A model generated the notes under the pieces. The model did no database searches. It had not been told where the DNA came from and was given only the letters and a program-made list of their open reading frames with translations. Source: Azolla caroliniana (Eukaryota > Plantae > Polypodiophyta). Taken from it: a stretch of 64,000 bases of DNA. The stretch is taken from NCBI GenBank assembly GCA_043228905.1, contig JBHGNT010000010.1, positions 8,432,001 to 8,496,000 on the forward strand, written 5' to 3'. Shown piece by piece: positions 52,500 through 64,000 of the stretch (position 1 is its first letter; the number at the start of each line of letters is the position of its first letter). The position numbers and the translations under genes were made by a program.

Positions 52500-55046
52500 A
52501 AGTGAAGCCAGAGGCATATAAACCTAAATTAGTGAGCATCGGTCCATTATATAAAAATCTTGAGCCGTCCTTTAATAATTTTAAGGCACTATGTGTGAAG
52601 AAATTCATGGAAATACATAGGATATTAGTTGTGGATGACCTTATACAACACCTGAATTCTAATCTAGAGTATGAGCTTAGAGAAATCTATAATCTCAACC
52701 TCATAGGATATTAGTTGTGGATGGCCTCATACAATACCTCAACTCTAATCTAGAGTATGAACTTAGCAAAATCTATAATCTCAACCTTTATTTGTCAGCA
52801 ACTTAGTGAACTTAGTGAGAGCTTATTGTTCAGAAACTCTAGGATAATAAGAAAGCATTTCAACATGTGTATTATTAGATCAATTTTATCCTCAAATTTT
52901 TATTTTATAGATGCATAAGCATTATTGCCATCTCCCAAGGTTTTTATACCATCACATCATACCAAATATGTGCATATATATTATTATCACAATCATGGGT
53001 GGTTTCAGGTTATCGACATTGTGTGAGACAAATAGAAATGAAAGTGAACGAAATATTAATGTAATTAAAGGGCCTGAGATAAAAAGTTGCATCCATTTGA
53101 AACTTACAGAGAAAGTGCATGTGGGTGTCGATGCGCTCCATTTCGACTCAAAGGTAATACATATTACAGACACACATGAAAAGAGAGGGAAAAGAGGAGA
53201 AAGAGGGGGAAAAGAGAGATTCGAGTGTGGGGCAAAAGGGGGGAAATAGGGCAAAAAATACACTGAAAGAGGGGGAAAGAGAGAAAATCGTTTTTTTTAA
53301 CATTATTCTTTTTAAAAAATGCATAAATAGTCGGTTACAAAAATATGAACTGGCTAGATTCCGGTTTTTGGGAAATTCTAGCCGGAATCAGTCCCGACTC
53401 CCCCTACCTTGGCCGGCAAATGTCCCAACCCAATCGGAACGCTGACACTGTTCCTGGGACTTTGCCCAACATTGGTGGGGAAACGTGAAAAAGTAAGAGA
53501 GTTTAGGGGAGAGAGAGTGGAGAGGCAAGAGTAACTAAAATGTAAGAGAGAGGTAAGTAGAGTAATATGTGAAGAAAGAGGAGGGATTTAAAAAGAGAGA
53601 AGAGACTAGGGGCTAAGGTAAGGTAAAAGAAAGTGAGATATGGGTGAGGGTAATAAAGGTAGGGAGAAGGGAGGGGTATGAATGAAAATAAGAGAAAGTG
53701 AGAGAAGATTAAAAGGAAACATAAAGTAAATTTGGGAAGGGTAGGATTGGAAAAACAATTAGAGGGGGCGAGGAATACTAAAACAGAAATTAGAATTAAA
53801 TTGAAGGGGCCAAAAATAAAAAAGGCTAGAAAGTAAGAAAACTCAAGGAACTAATGGAGAGGGTTAGGGAGAAGAGAAAAGGGAGGGCTACGAATGAAAA
53901 TAAGAGAAAGTAAGAGAAGATAAAATGAAAAATAGAAAGGTGGAGAAAGAGTAAAAAGAAAATGGAGGGACTTCAAAAGAAGAGGCAAAGGATTTAGAGA
54001 AAGGACGAGGAGGGGTAAGGTAAAGTGAGACATGGGCGAGGGCAGCCAAATGAGAACATGGGCGAGGGTAGCACATTGGAAAAGGAATATGAAAATGAAA
54101 GGGTATATTGTAATAAGAAAAATGTAGAGGGGGGGGGGGGGGGGGGGGGGGGCAAGGGAAAAAGGAAAAAGGAAAAAAAAACTAACATAAGGAAGGAAGA
54201 GAGAAGGAAAAGGAAAGGGGGAACAACAAAAATTAAGTTAAAGGGGGTGAGAATAAAAAGGGCTAGAAATTAAAAAGTCAAGGAACCAATGGGGAGGGGT
54301 AGGGAAAGAAATATGAGAAAGTAGGCAAGGGGTATGGATAAAAATATGAGAAAGGAATAGAAGATAAATAGGAAAATCAGGGAGGGTAGGGTTGAAAAAT
54401 AGGAGAAGATGGGGTAGGGGTAGACTTAAAATTAGGTGAAATTGGTGGAGGGGTAGGTTATGATGCATTAACAAGAGGTGTGTGTGTACGTTATAACTAT
54501 CTTAACATCGTGATTTAAGATACAAAATGAAAAAGAAGTGAAGAAGGTACCGACTAACGAATGTAGTCTCGGTCTTTTACAAGAGAACAGAGATAAAAAG
54601 GGAAATGCATGGCTACTAAACGCAGTCTCATGCTTACACTAGTGATGTAGGAAAGTAAGATAGGGTATAGAGTGCTTGTGGTGCGAGAGGATGGGAAAAC
54701 CGATGATGCCGTTGCAAACGCCACATAACGCTTAGTGGGGGCACTTGACACGAACGAAAGCTTGACGAATGACTATACGACCTCGATGTGGGTGCCTATC
54801 CCCGTTATGTAGACCTCCATAGTAAATAAGTTCCTCTTCATGTATTTTTGTTGACCTTACGTCCGGTACAAGGAGTATGGAATGGGGAAATCATTGGTGG
54901 GTTGTAGATAAGTCGAGAGGGAGACAAGACCACCAAGATCGATTTGAGCGCACCCGAATCATAGACAAAGCTTGGTGTAGGCGACGATGAGAAGATATAG
55001 AGGGAGGGGAGAGAGATGAGGGATCAAAATACCAAAAATAAAACTC

Positions 55047-58000
55047 ACGCTCTCCTAACTGATCTATCCTTGCAACTTGCGAGTGTGTATATTTCCACCT
55101 ATTTTGGGCTAATAAACAAAAATCTCGAATGAGTGCATTAAAGTTTCGCGATTAAGTAGAGATTAGGATTACGTTTCACTGTGGTTGTGAAGTTGATTAA
55201 TTCAATTAACGTTGAATATCTAGTCTCATCGACACCCCCTTAAACATTGTGCTCAACATGGAATTACCATGAAACATGACCACATTGTCACTGAAAAGGG
55301 TGACTATTTAATTCCATGTTGAGCGCAATGTTTAAGGGGGAGTCGATGAGACTAGATATTCAACGTTAATTGAATTAATCAACTGCAAAACCACAACGAA
55401 ACGTAATTCTAATCTCTACTTGATCATGAAACTTTAATGCACAGTGGTTCAAGATTTTTCTTTATTAATGCAAAATAGGTGGAAATATACACACTAGCAA
55501 GTTGCGGGGATAGATAAGTTGGGAGAGTGTTAAATTGAAGATCTGAACATAATTGTTCGATACACGTTCACTAAAAAAGACAACAAACACTTTTGAAAAT
55601 GCATTATTTGCCAAGAATTGTACGAATGAAATGAACATATAAACATCTTGTTAATGTCGACACTTGTTCTTCTAGGTGACAATATGATCACACATAAGTA
55701 AGAATGATTGCAATGAAAATTGTCTTCAGCTAACTATATTACCCATCCATAGGGAAACGTTTTATTAGCAATACCTATAGTTTATTTATAAGTTGCCCGA
55801 AATATATAATAATTGAGAATAATAATCACACAACGCAAAATTATGGCAATGGGAATAGATAAGTTCATTGTATTCTTTGAACCTAGCATGAATTATATTG
55901 AACTTGCATTGCTTTTACATGTTTCATGCTAATTCTATGTTGAGTGCAATGTTTAAGGGGGAGTATATGAGACTAGATATCTAAAATTAACGTGTTTGAT
56001 CCTCGTTGACTGAAATAGACAACAAATACATTCAAAAACATTTATTGAAATACAATATGAACGCTAATTAAACTAATCGAGTACATAATCACAACATTCA
56101 TGTAAACGAATGAAATGAACATATAAACATTCTGTTAATGTCGACAAGTCTTGTCCTTTGACAATATGCTCACGTTTCATGGTAATTCCATGTTGGGTGC
56201 AACGTTTAAGGGGGCGTCAATGAGACTAGATATTCAATGTTAATTAAATTAATCAACTGCACAACCACAACGAAATATAATCCTAATCTCTACTTGATCG
56301 CAAAACTTTAATGCACACTCATTCGAGACTTTTGTTTATTAACCAAAAATAGGTGGAAATATACCCACTCGCAAGGTGTGGGGATAGATCAGTTGGGAGA
56401 GCGTCAAATTGAAGATCTGAACATCATTGTTCGATACACGTTCACGAAAAAACACAACAAACACTTTTGAAAATGCATTATTTGACAAGAATTGTACGAA
56501 TGAAATGAACATATAAACATCCTCTTAATGTTGACACTTGTTCTTCTGGGTGACAATATGATCACGCATAAGTAAGAATGATTGAAACGAAAATTGTGTT
56601 TGGCGAATTAACTATATTACCCATCCATAGGGAAAAGTTTTATTAGCAATACTTATAGTTTATTTATAAGTTGCCTGAAATATATAATAATTGAGAATAA
56701 TAATCACACAACGCAAAATTATAGCAATGTGAATAGATAAGTTCATTGTAATCTTTGAACCTAGCGTGAATTATATTGAACTTCCATTTCTTTTATATGT
56801 TTCATGCTAATTCCATGTTGAGTGCAATGTTTAAGGGGGAGTGGATGAGACTAGATATCTAAAAGTAATGTGTATGATCCTCGTTCGGTGAAATAGACAA
56901 CAAATACATTCAAAAACATTTATTGAAATACAATATTGAACGCTAATTAAACTAATCAAGTGCATAATCACAACATTCATGTAAATGTAATCTTGATCTC
57001 TAATTGATCGCTCAACTTTAATCCACTGTTATTCAAGAATTTTGTTTATGAACCATATAGACAATGTTTGATGGGAGGTTGCAGGAATATTTCAGTTGGG
57101 AGAGTGTCAGACTGAAGATCTGAAGGTCACCCGTTCGATCTAGGTTCACCGCAAAAGGAAACAAACACTTTCAAGTGACACATTTGAATACATTATTTGA
57201 CAAGAATTGTACGAATGAAATGAACATATGGTCATGTATCATGGTAATTCCATGTTGAGTGCAATGTTTAAGGGGGAGTCGATAAGACTAGATATTCAAC
57301 GTTAATTGAATTAATCAACTGCACATCCCAATCAAGTAGATATTAGAATTATGTTTAGTTGTGGTTGTGGAGTTGATTAATTCAATTAACGTTGAATATC
57401 TAGTCTATCAACTCCCCCTTAAACATTGCGCTCAATATGGAATTACCATGATACATGACCATATTGTCACCCAAAAGGACAAAACTTGTTGACATTAACA
57501 GACTATTTAGATGTTCATTTCATGTGTAGAATTTTTGTCAAATAATGCATTAAAATGTGTCTTTCGAAAGTGTTTGTTGCCTATTGTGGTGAACGTGGAT
57601 CGAACACGTGACCTTAAGATCTTCAGTCTAGTGCTCTCCCAATTGAGCTATCCCCACAACTTCCCATCAAGTACTATCTATATGGTTCAAGATTACGTTT
57701 AGATATCTAGTTTCATCCACTCCCTCTTAAACATGAATGTGTATCGAACAATGATGTTCAGATATCCAATCTGACGTTCTCCCAACTGATGTGTCCCTAC
57801 AACTTGCGACTGTGTATATTTCCACTTATTTTGGGCTAACAAACAAAAATCTCGAATGAGTGTGCATTTAAGTTTTGCGATCAAGTAGAGATTAGGATTA
57901 CGTTTAGTTGTGGTTGTGTAGTTGATTAATTCAATTAACATTGAATATCTAGTCTCATCGACATCCCCTTAAACATTATGCTGAAGATGGAAAAAGCATG

Positions 58001-61000
58001 AAACATGATCATATTGTCACCCAAAAGAACAAGACTTGTCGACATTAACAGGATGTTTATATGTTCATTTCATTCATAGAATTCTTGTTAAATAATGCAT
58101 TCAAATGTGTCTCTCGAACGTGTTTGTTACCTTTTGCGGTGAACGTGGATCGAACACGTGACCTTTAGATCTTCAGTCTGACGATCTCCCAACTGAGCTA
58201 TCCCTGCAACTACCCATCGGGCCGACGTAAGCTATCGATTATCGCCTAAGCCGATTGGTTGGCACAGGATCTCTCATCACTCAATCTCGGGAAGGGAAAA
58301 GGGCCTAGAAAGAAAGTCTTATGTCCTTGCAGAAAGCAAGTCGCAACAATGCAATGAAGGGCTTCGCTAATACTGTCTCTATGGTTCATAAGCAAAATTC
58401 TCAAATAACTGTGGATTAAAGTTGAGCGATCAATTAGATATCGAGATTATGTTTAGATATCTAGTCTCATCCACTCCCCCTTAAACATGACTGTAAATCG
58501 AACAATGATGTTCAAATATTCAATCTAATGCTCTCCCAACTGATCTATCCCTGCAACTTGCGAGTGTGCATATTTGCACCGATTTTGGGTTAATAAACAA
58601 AAATCTAGAATGAATGTGCATTAAAGTTTCGCGATCAAGTAGAGATTAAGATTACGGTTAGTTGTGGTTGGGCAATTTATTAATTCAATTAACGTTGAAT
58701 ATCTAGTCTCATCGACACCCCCTTAAACATTGCCATCAAAATTGAATTAGCATGAAACATGACCATATTGTCACCCAAAATTGAATTAGCATGAAACATG
58801 ACCATATTGTCAACATTAACAGGATGTTTAAATCTTCATTTCATTCGTAGAATTCTTCTCAAATAATGCATTCAAATGTGACTCTCGAAAATGTTTGTTA
58901 CCTTTTACGGTGAACGTGGATTGAACACGTAACCTTTAGATCTTTTGTTTGATGCTCTCCCAAATGAGCTATCCCCCCAACTTCCCATCAAATATTGTCT
59001 ATATGATTCACAAATAAAATTCTCTAATAACTATGCATTAAAGAGCGATCAACTAGATATCAAGATTACGTTTAGATATCTAGTCTCATCCACTCCCCCT
59101 TAAACATCAACGTGTATCGAACAATAACGTTCAGATATTCCATATCACGCTCTCCTAACTGATCTATCCTTGCAACTTGCGAGTGTGTATATTTCCACCT
59201 ATTTTGGGTTGATAAACAAAAATCTCGAATGCATGTGCATTATAGTTTTGCAATCAAGTAGAGATTAGGATTATATTTCGTTGTGATTTTGTAGTTGATT
59301 AATTTAATTAATGTTGAATATCTAGTGTCATCGACGCCCCCTTAAACATTGTGCTTAACATGGAGTGACCATGAAACGTGACCATATTGTCACCGAAAGG
59401 ACAAGAATTGTCGACATGAACAAGATGTTTATATGTTCATTTCATGCGTAGATTTCTTGTCAAATAATGTGTCTTTGGAAAGTGTTTGTTGCCTTTTGCG
59501 ATGAACGTAGATCTAACATGTGACCTTCAAATCTTTAGTCTGACACTCTCCCAACTGACCTTTCCCCATAACTCCCCATCAAATACCGTCTATATGGTTC
59601 ATAAACAAAATTCTCGAATAATTGTGGATTAAAGTTGAACGATCAACTAGAGATCAACATTACGTATGGATATCTAGTCTCATCCACTACCCCTTAAACA
59701 TGAATGTGTATCGAACAATGACATTAAGATATTCAATCTAATGCTCTCCCAACTAATTTATCCCTACAACTTACGAGTGTGTAGATTTCCACTTATTTTG
59801 AGTTAATAAACAAAAATCTGGAATGAGTGTGCATTAAAGTTTCACTATCAAGTAAAGAGTAGGATTACTTTTTGTTGTGGTTATGTAGTTGATTAATTAA
59901 ATTAACATCTAATATCTAGTGTCACCGACTTCCCCTTAAACATTACGCTCAAGATGGAATTAGAATGAAACGTGACCATATTGTCACCCAAAAGAACAAG
60001 ACTTGTCGACATTAACAGGATGTTTATATGTTTCTTGTCAAATAATGCATGCAAATGTGTCTCTCGAAAGTTTTTGTTGTATTTTGTAGTGAATATGGAT
60101 CGAACATGTGACCTTTAGATTTTCAATCTGACGCTCTCCCAACTCAACTATCCCCGCAACTTCCCATCAAATACTGTCTATATGATTCATACTTAAATTT
60201 CTCGAATAACTATGGATTAAAGTTGAGCGATCCACTAGAGATTAAGATTACGTTTAGATATCTTGTCTCATACACTCCCCCTGAAACATGAATATGTATC
60301 GAACAATGATATTCATATATTCAATATGAGGCTCTCCCAATTGATCTAGCCCTGCAACTTGCGAGTGTGTATATTTCCACCTATTTTGTGGTAAAAAACA
60401 AAAATCTTGAATGAGTGAGCATTAAAGTTTCTCGATCAGGTAGAGATTAGGATTACATTAAGTTGTGGATGTGTAGTTGATTAATTGAATTCATGTTTAA
60501 TATCTAGTCTCATCGATTCCCCCTTAAACAATACGCTCCAGATGGAATTAGCATGAAACATGACCATATTGTCCACCCAAAAGGACAAGACTTGTTGACA
60601 TTAATAGAGCGTTGATATGTTCATTTCATGCGTAGAATTTTTGTCAAATAATGCATTGCATGTGTCTCTCCAAAGTGTTTGTTGCCTTTTGTGGTGAACG
60701 TGGATCGAACACCAATTGAGCTATCCCCGCAACTTCCCATCAAATATTATCTATATGGTTCACAAACAAAATTCCCGAATAATTGTGGATTAAATTTCAG
60801 GGATTAACTAGAGATCAAGATTACGTTTAGAGATCGCTCAACTTTACTCCACAGTTATTCGAGAATTTTGTTTATGAACAATATAGAAAGTATTTAATGC
60901 GAAGTTGCAGGAATACCTTAGTTGGAGGAGCGTCAAACTGAAGATCTGAAGGTCATGTGTTCGATCCACGTTCTCTACATAAGGCAACAAACACTTTCGA

Positions 61001-61340
61001 GAGACACATTTGAATGCATTATTTTATAGGAAATCTACGACTGAAATGAACGTATAAACATCCTGCTAAGGTCAACAAGGTTTGTCCTTTTGGGTTAACA
61101 CATGGTCATGTTTCATGCTAATTGCATCTTGATCGCAATGTTTAAGGGGGTATCGATGAGACTAGATATTAAGCGTTAATTGAATTAATCAACTACACAA
61201 CGAAAACTAAACATAATCCTAATCTCTACTTGATAGCAAAACATTAATGCACACTCAATCAAGATTTTTGTTTATTAATTCAAAATAGGTGGAAATATAC
61301 ACACTCGCAAGTTGCAGGGATAGATAAGTTCGGAGAGCGT
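55047..61340. repeat. tRNA-Phe-derived satellite, main block (~590-bp monomer with two tRNA-like subunits), with inversions
   Basis: tRNA-like copies at ~57585, 58135, 58906, 59497, 60085 and 60690 (-) and ~57081, 60908 (+); inverted segments ~55305-57330 and ~60832-61340. Confidence 0.93.
58135..58207 (-). tRNA. trnF: Best-preserved tRNA-Phe(GAA) copy, probably a pseudogene
   Basis: GCAGGGATAGCTCAGTTGGGAGATCGTCAGACTGAAGATCTAAAGGTCACGTGTTCGATCCACGTTCACCGCA; three stem-breaking differences from the array consensus; A and B boxes intact. Confidence 0.7.
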
Positions 61341-61655
61341 CACATCAACATGGCAAGTACGAGTACAATGGAACCGGTAAGGTTATTTATTGAAAAATTG
61401 AATCTAGCTCAATTATTTCATGCCTTATGAGAAGTCCAAGAGGAGATTGGTGTGTTTGATGAAACAAATATTTTAAAGTATGTCACTATATATTATGATG
61501 AAATGGAAATGTCTTGTGTGAATGATGTCAATATGATAGCAAACTTTTATAAATTAGTGGAGATGGAATTAAGAGATAGAATTCGTTAAATACAAGCATT
61601 GCATAGTTTGGCTTGGAATGCATTCAAAGAAGCACTTGTGTTTGAATATTCCCGT

Positions 61656-62508
61656 TGTCGTGAAGATACGTCACTACGCACGGATCGTGAGGCGGAACCG
61701 CCAGGGTTCTTGTTGGCACTCATGTATTACATGTGGTGCATGATAACCATGTCACTCATTTTAGATCTCATGTATGAGAATTTACATGTAAAAGTACAAT
61801 GATAGAAACAAAAATTTAATTAAATGTTATGACTTAGTGGTAAGCCTACTAACTCTTAACTAAGAGGTGCAAGGTTTGAATCCACACTTGCACTCCTTGT
61901 GTATATATATATGTGTGTATACATATATTTATTTATCTATTTATATATCTATTTGGTCGCCGGATGCCGGTCACCGCCGGTTATCGTCGATTGTCGGATG
62001 ACACCGGTTACCGCCGGTTGCTGGATGCCGATTTCCTTTCGGTCACCGGATCCCGGTTCCGTCGTCGGATGCCGGGCACCGGGTCCCGGTTCCGTTGCCA
62101 GTCTGTTTTTGGTTGGGCGAAACTTTTGCAAGTAGCTAGGCCACACCGATTCATCCAATAGCTTAGTTCAAGTCACCTTGAACTCTCTATGCTCCACACA
62201 TAGACACAAAGATAATAGCTTTTGCTCTACCTTATATATGGTGCGATCCTTATTTTCCTGTCTATGTGGGATATCTCATAGTTTTATTTTTCTCTTCTTC
62301 CTTCTCATACTTCACTCCCACATAACTTGTCACTTAGATGCCTGTTTCTTATGTAGTAAAGTGCATCTCTTCAAGATCTTCGTCTTTTGTACTAAGATAT
62401 TAAACTTACTTAGAATTAGTATATTCACTATTATTGTTTTATATGATTGACACTTGATTTTGTACGTCTTATGTAAATTTCACACCATTGCTGAAAATCT
62501 TCACGACA
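61656..62508. mobile_element. Solo LTR-like insertion (853 bp)
   Basis: Ends TGTCGTGAAGAT and ATCTTCACGACA (12-bp inverted, TG..CA); 4-bp TSD CCGT/TCGT; removal restores the gag frame. Confidence 0.75.
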
Positions 62509-62911
62509 TCGTGAAGATTTCTCTCACGTTACTATGCGTTCATTCAATGAATGGGTCCTAGAAGAAAATAAAGCATTATCTGTAGTTGACATGAAAAAAG
62601 AGTTTGATAGATTGTATGAACAATTAAAGCCAAAAGAAAGAAATTCTTTGTACTAAGATATTAAACTTACTTAGAATTAGTATATTCACTATTATTGTTT
62701 TATATGATTGACACTTGATTTTGTACGTCTTATGTAAATTTCACACCATTGCTGAAAATCTTCACGACATCGTGAAGATTTCTCTCACGTTACTATGCGT
62801 TCATTCAATGAATGGGTCCTAGAAGAAAATAAAGCATTATCTGTAGTTGACATGAAAAAAGAGTTTGATAGATTGTATGAACAATTAAATCCAAAAGAAA
62901 GAAATTCTTTG
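62390..62911. repeat. 261-bp tandem duplication spanning the solo-LTR/gag junction
   Basis: 62390-62650 is near-identical to 62651-62911; TTTGT microhomology at the join. Confidence 0.92.
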
Positions 62912-64000
62912 TCTTGGCAAAATATGGCTTCATTTTTGTAGGCAGTTGACAAGAGATATACAAAAGAATTGGAATTTATGCTTGAAGTACCAAATACCGA
63001 GGATGGTATAACTGCAGATTGGAATGAGGTAACAAATGCTTTTAATAAATTTATGAAAAGAATGCAAAGGAATGGTGCAATGCTACAAATACCACATGTG
63101 GGAATCACAAATCGGCTTGAGCAAAACATTGAAGTTCAAAGACTTGGTCGAAAAACATCACACGAAATGGTCCATCAACCACAAGAAATGATCAAAACTA
63201 AGAGTGAGTCTTTGCTTGATGATTTAGTTCAAAGTATGAAAGATTAAACAATTAAAGTGGCAAAGCTTGAGAATGGTTAGAGTTCAAGGTCAAGGGAACC
63301 ATTTAGACCTCGATGCATGTGGTGTGATAGTCTCAGACATTGATTCCGTGATTGTGCGGAATATAAAGACATCGAAAATCGAGACTTGGTCTATTGGAAA
63401 AATGGTAACATTTTGTTAACTGAAACTAGAAGTCCACTTACAAAGAACTTTGGTGATAGTGGTGTTAAGGTTAAGTTTGAAGAAGCTGAAGCAAAAAAGG
63501 CTTCTGCAATGTACTACTCGACAACGACAGGAATGTGTCTTGATGACAGGCCATGTCGATCATCACTCTAGGAGAAGGTTGTAAGTTCCACACAAAAGCA
63601 AAAGCTGAAGATGGAAGACCTTCGTGTTGCCAGAGATTTTGTAAGCAAAAATATTGGATGGGATGTTCCGGTAGATGCTATGACAATCTATGCTCAGATG
63701 GCAAAACACCGAGACCATGAAGTGATAATGGAAGAAAAAAGGAAAAGTCGGATGATGAGATTGGCCTTACAAAGAAGCATTAAACAAGAGAAAGCAAAAG
63801 AAAAAAGAGATGGATGCAAAAGTCGATAAAGGTAAATCTGGTCCTTCATTCAAATTAATGTTTGATATTGAAAAGGATACAGATTAAAGAAAATTTTAGA
63901 AACAAGAATACTAGACAGTCTAGTAGAATTTACACTAAGAGAAGTATTAGGTATTGCAAAAAAGGAATTTCATAATGAAATAATTGATATTTGTGCGAAG

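Larger units (their letters stand above)
41802..52790 (+). pseudogene. DUF247-family gene fragment split by copia C (41802-41909 and 52505-52790)
   Basis: Rejoined frame DEWTNYMKKKINLDL...WKIEASPSTIEV|KPEAYKPKLVSIGPLYKN matches the AYxPxxVSIGP signature; followed by an 86-bp tandem duplication (52617/52703). Confidence 0.75.
40600..53474. mobile_element. Non-autonomous hAT-type DNA transposon carrying a gene fragment
   Basis: TIRs CAGTGTTGGGCAAAGT (40600-40615) and ACTTTGCCCAACATTG (53459-53474); perfect 8-bp TSD GTGGGGAA at 40592-40599 and 53475-53482; no transposase. Confidence 0.9.
39622..55046 (-). mobile_element. Penelope-like (or related hammerhead-bearing) non-autonomous retroelement, ~2.5 kb after removing nested inserts
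   Basis: Direct repeats 39622-39836 and 54834-55046 without TG..CA ends, PBS or PPT; hammerhead at 39967-40014; strongly purine-biased plus strand continues across the hAT insertion; no RT seen. Confidence 0.65.
61350..64000 (+). pseudogene. gag: Degenerate gypsy-type gag, interrupted by a solo LTR
   Basis: FDETNILKY...WNAFKEALVFEYSR|EDFSHVT...CMWCDSLRH*FRDC knuckle...VEFTLREVLGIAKKEF; many stops. Confidence 0.7.

Noticed and set aside
53480-54480. Low-complexity ORFs and G24 run in purine-rich DNA (also 40289-40612)
   Set aside because: Composition artefacts with no recognisable domain; homopolymer length may be unreliable

Overview
Repeat-dense nuclear DNA from a non-flowering land plant, probably a fern or lycophyte (inferred from a plastid chlN fragment with an apparently unedited codon). 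There is no intact host gene. The backbone from ~17.1 to ~61.3 kb is a ~590-bp satellite built from degenerate cytosolic tRNA-Phe(GAA) copies, split by nested insertions: (i) a 3.5-kb mosaic of plastid (chlN, psbB, psbA twice) and mitochondrial (rrn18) fragments; (ii) a chromovirus-type Ty3/gypsy element whose 3' LTR holds a 12.4-kb Sola2-like DNA transposon (25-bp TIRs, TAGA TSD) with an intact spliced 863-aa DDD transposase, a 6-exon RING-H2 gene, an FCP1/NIF-like ORF and ~2-kb introns made of the palindrome TAGCTAATTAGCTA; (iii) a Penelope-like element with ~215-bp direct repeats and a minimal hammerhead ribozyme, containing a non-autonomous hAT element that carries a DUF247 fragment, itself holding two nested Ty1/copia elements. 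The first 17 kb are nested and deleted copia and gypsy elements; the last 2.7 kb are a decayed gag with a solo LTR. All assignments come from reading motifs by eye; no database search was run.
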